Below, in pieces: positions 56,039 through 57,820 of a stretch of DNA of 57,820 nucleotides. Origin of the DNA: Fidelibacterota bacterium TCS55 (lineage in GTDB: Bacteria; Fidelibacterota; Marinisomatia; Marinisomatales; TCS55). Below the pieces are notes generated by a model. The model searched no databases and was not told the DNA's origin. It was given only the letters and a program-made list of their open reading frames with translations. The stretch spans positions 1 to 57,820 of the forward strand of contig CAJJBS010000016.1 in the NCBI GenBank assembly GCA_905182385.1. The letters are read 5' to 3'. Position numbers and translations under genes: made by a program. Positions within the stretch are counted from its first letter, which is position 1. Each line of letters opens with the position of its first letter.

Positions 56039-56710
56039 ATGAAATATTTTTCTTTTATTCTTTTTATTTCTTTATCTTATGGCCAATGGTCTTCTTTTAA
56101 TTTATCAGAATCAGGAAATTTTAATAAAAAAACAAAGTTACTATTTAGATATTCTGGTTTAGTCTCAACTAATCAACCTTCCACTTCAATAAATGGATTA
56201 AAAAGGATATCTTTAGGATTGTCATTAAATAAAGGGCTGTCAAATTCAGGTTTATTACCTATGCTTAGCGGTCAAGTGAAAGTATCATGGAACTTATCAC
56301 TAAGAGGAAGAATGGTGAATTATTCTACTAAACATGGAACTATTCAATCATATGGTTGGGGTACAGTGCTTAAACCGGGTAATATAAATATGCCATCAAA
56401 ATGGAAATTATTATATGATTCAGGAACTTTTACTTCTTTTAATCAGTTTAAATCAGTTACGATACAATTTTCAACTATGAGGTCATTTACATTAAATAAA
56501 TATAATTTTGATATTGGTATAGGTGCTAATATTGTAAAAACTACTCAAAATATTATAAGTGAACTTCAACTACCTCTTAAATCTAATCTTCAATCAAACT
56601 TTATTAGTATAGCAACTACATTAAATTTATTTAGTTTTAAAATAGAGCCTCAAATATTGCTTAGCATGGATTACAATTTATTTTCAATTAGTTTTATTGA
56701 GACTTTTTAA
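56039..56710 (+). CDS. Hypothetical exported protein, possible outer-membrane beta-barrel
   Basis: About 223 aa from ATG 56039, with a signal peptide (MKYFSFILFISLSYGQ). It is beta-rich and ends in ..SFIETF, an OMP-like C-terminal Phe. Confidence 0.5.
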   Translation: MKYFSFILFISLSYGQWSSFNLSESGNFNKKTKLLFRYSGLVSTNQPSTSINGLKRISLGLSLNKGLSNSGLLPMLSGQVKVSWNLSLRGRMVNYSTKHGTIQSYGWGTVLKPGNINMPSKWKLLYDSGTFTSFNQFKSVTIQFSTMRSFTLNKYNFDIGIGANIVKTTQNIISELQLPLKSNLQSNFISIATTLNLFSFKIEPQILLSMDYNLFSISFIETF

Positions 56711-56712
56711 TA

Positions 56713-57820
56713 ATGAAAAGAATTTCAATACTTGGGTCTACTGGTTCTATTGGGATTAACACTTTAAGTGTCATTGATAAACTTAAAAATGAATTTAAGA
56801 TTGTTGCTTTAAGTGCGTATAAAAATGGAGAATTATTAGTTAAGCAAGCTAAAAAATATAAACCTGAAGTTGTTTCAATTATTGATTCAAAAGCTGCAGA
56901 GTTTGTAAAAAAAGAACTCTCTAATTCAAGCTCGAAAGTATTAGTGGGTAGAGAAGGCTTATTAGAAATATCTAAACGTGAGGATATTGACTTAATGTTA
57001 AATGGTTTAGTTGGCGCCTCTGGAATGGCTCCCACATTAAATTCTGTAGGGCAAGGCGTTGATGTTGCACTTAGCAATAAAGAAAGTTTAGTAATGGCAG
57101 GAGACCTTATCACAAGAACTTGTCAAGAAAAAAAAGCAAAAATATTTCCAATTGATAGTGAACATTCAGCTATATGGCAATGTCTTGTAGGCGAAGCTCT
57201 GGATGATGTTAAAAGATTAATTTTAACTGGAAGTGGTGGGCCCTTTAGAAGTAGAAATATTGATAGTTTTAAATCGATAACCCCTGAAGAAGCTTTGAAA
57301 CATCCCAATTGGGATATGGGTAGAAAAATAACTATTGACTCTGCAACTATGATGAATAAAGGTTTAGAAGTTATTGAGGCTTTATGGCTTTTTAAATTAG
57401 AGGCTAATCAAATAGATATTATTGTTCATCCTCAATCTATTATTCATTCCATGGTTGAATTCAAGGATGAATCTGTTAAAGCTCAATTAGGAATCCCAGA
57501 TATGAAAATCCCAATTCAATATGCTTTAACTTATCCGAGGCATTTAACTTCAAATTGGGAGGCCCTTGATTTAGTTAAAATTGGATCATTGACATTTGAA
57601 GACCCAAATTTAGAACGGTTCCCATGCATTGAGCTAGCATATGAAGCCTTACGTCAAGAAGGATCTACATGTGCAGTTTTAAATATCGCAAATGAACAAG
57701 CAGTTTACCGTTTTTTAAATCATCAAATTGGATTTATGGAAATACCTCGAATTATTGAAGAAGCTTGTAAAAAGCATGAATGGATTAAATCTCCAAATTT
57801 AGAGGATTTAAATCAAATTG
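56713..57820 (+). CDS. dxr: 1-deoxy-D-xylulose 5-phosphate reductoisomerase (3' end outside the window)
   Basis: This gene is not in the ORF track because there is no stop within the window. The translation MKRISILGSTGSIGINTLSVI..., LVGASGMAPTL, IDSEHSAIWQCL, LTGSGGPFR, NWDMGRKITIDSATMMNKGLEVIEA and HPQSIIHSMVEF is unmistakably Dxr. Confidence 0.95.
   Translation, partial: MKRISILGSTGSIGINTLSVIDKLKNEFKIVALSAYKNGELLVKQAKKYKPEVVSIIDSKAAEFVKKELSNSSSKVLVGREGLLEISKREDIDLMLNGLVGASGMAPTLNSVGQGVDVALSNKESLVMAGDLITRTCQEKKAKIFPIDSEHSAIWQCLVGEALDDVKRLILTGSGGPFRSRNIDSFKSITPEEALKHPNWDMGRKITIDSATMMNKGLEVIEALWLFKLEANQIDIIVHPQSIIHSMVEFKDESVKAQLGIPDMKIPIQYALTYPRHLTSNWEALDLVKIGSLTFEDPNLERFPCIELAYEALRQEGSTCAVLNIANEQAVYRFLNHQIGFMEIPRIIEEACKKHEWIKSPNLEDLNQI

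Noticed and set aside
56694-57308. Minus-strand ORFs 56694-57113 (139 aa) and 57123-57308 (61 aa).
   Set aside because: The + strand here encodes an unmistakable Dxr (GSTGSIG, DSEHSA, NKGLEVIEA). It is absent from the track only because it has no stop in the window. The minus ORFs are its antisense shadows.
1-57820. CRISPR arrays, IS elements, integrases, prophage or defence islands.
   Set aside because: There are no regularly spaced repeats, no transposase, integrase or recombinase-like ORFs, and no terminal inverted repeats. Intergenic space is minimal, and the only repeats are the two short tandem duplications reported above.

Overview
This is a visibly AT-rich, densely packed chromosomal segment from a Gram-negative (diderm) bacterium. 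It holds about 55 protein genes and 1 tRNA, with many overlapping or near-zero gene junctions. Most of it is core housekeeping: ychF, fabA, uvrA, ruvB-queA, ispD-ispF-ispE, tRNA-Gln(UUG), prs-rplY-pth, a membrane pyrophosphatase, rpsF-rpsR-rplI, priA, mutY, plsC, two ferredoxins and mrp/apbC. There is also an envelope cluster, uppS-bamA-skp-lpxD-lpxC/fabZ-lpxA, followed by dxr, which runs off the 3' end. The fused lpxC/fabZ gene suggests an FCB-group lineage (Bacteroidota/Chlorobi/Marinimicrobia-like), although clear Shine-Dalgarno sites are present; this is inference. I saw no rRNA, CRISPR, transposase, integrase, phage or recognisable defence genes. Three things stand out. (1) An ArsC arsenate reductase at 145-495 has an in-frame TGA where the catalytic Cys codon should be, making it a candidate selenoprotein. 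(2) A same-strand block of exported proteins at 4660-12572 looks like an uncharacterised extracytoplasmic redox or copper module. It contains an OMP-like protein, a five-domain His/Met c-type cytochrome, two tandem paralogous Ig-like plus LVIVD-type beta-propeller proteins, and a YVTN-type propeller with a Met/His-rich insert. (3) A lipoprotein at 39797-41137 fuses a planctomycete-type cytochrome c domain to a PHM/DBH-like copper monooxygenase core, and sits next to a Gram-positive-type secreted lipase. Lesser items are a eukaryote-like type II glutamine synthetase with an adjacent Lrp regulator, an unusually long transketolase-like protein, and an 81-nt tandem repeat in the ribosomal protein S6 tail. 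All functional calls rest on motif recognition by eye; no database search or folding program was run.
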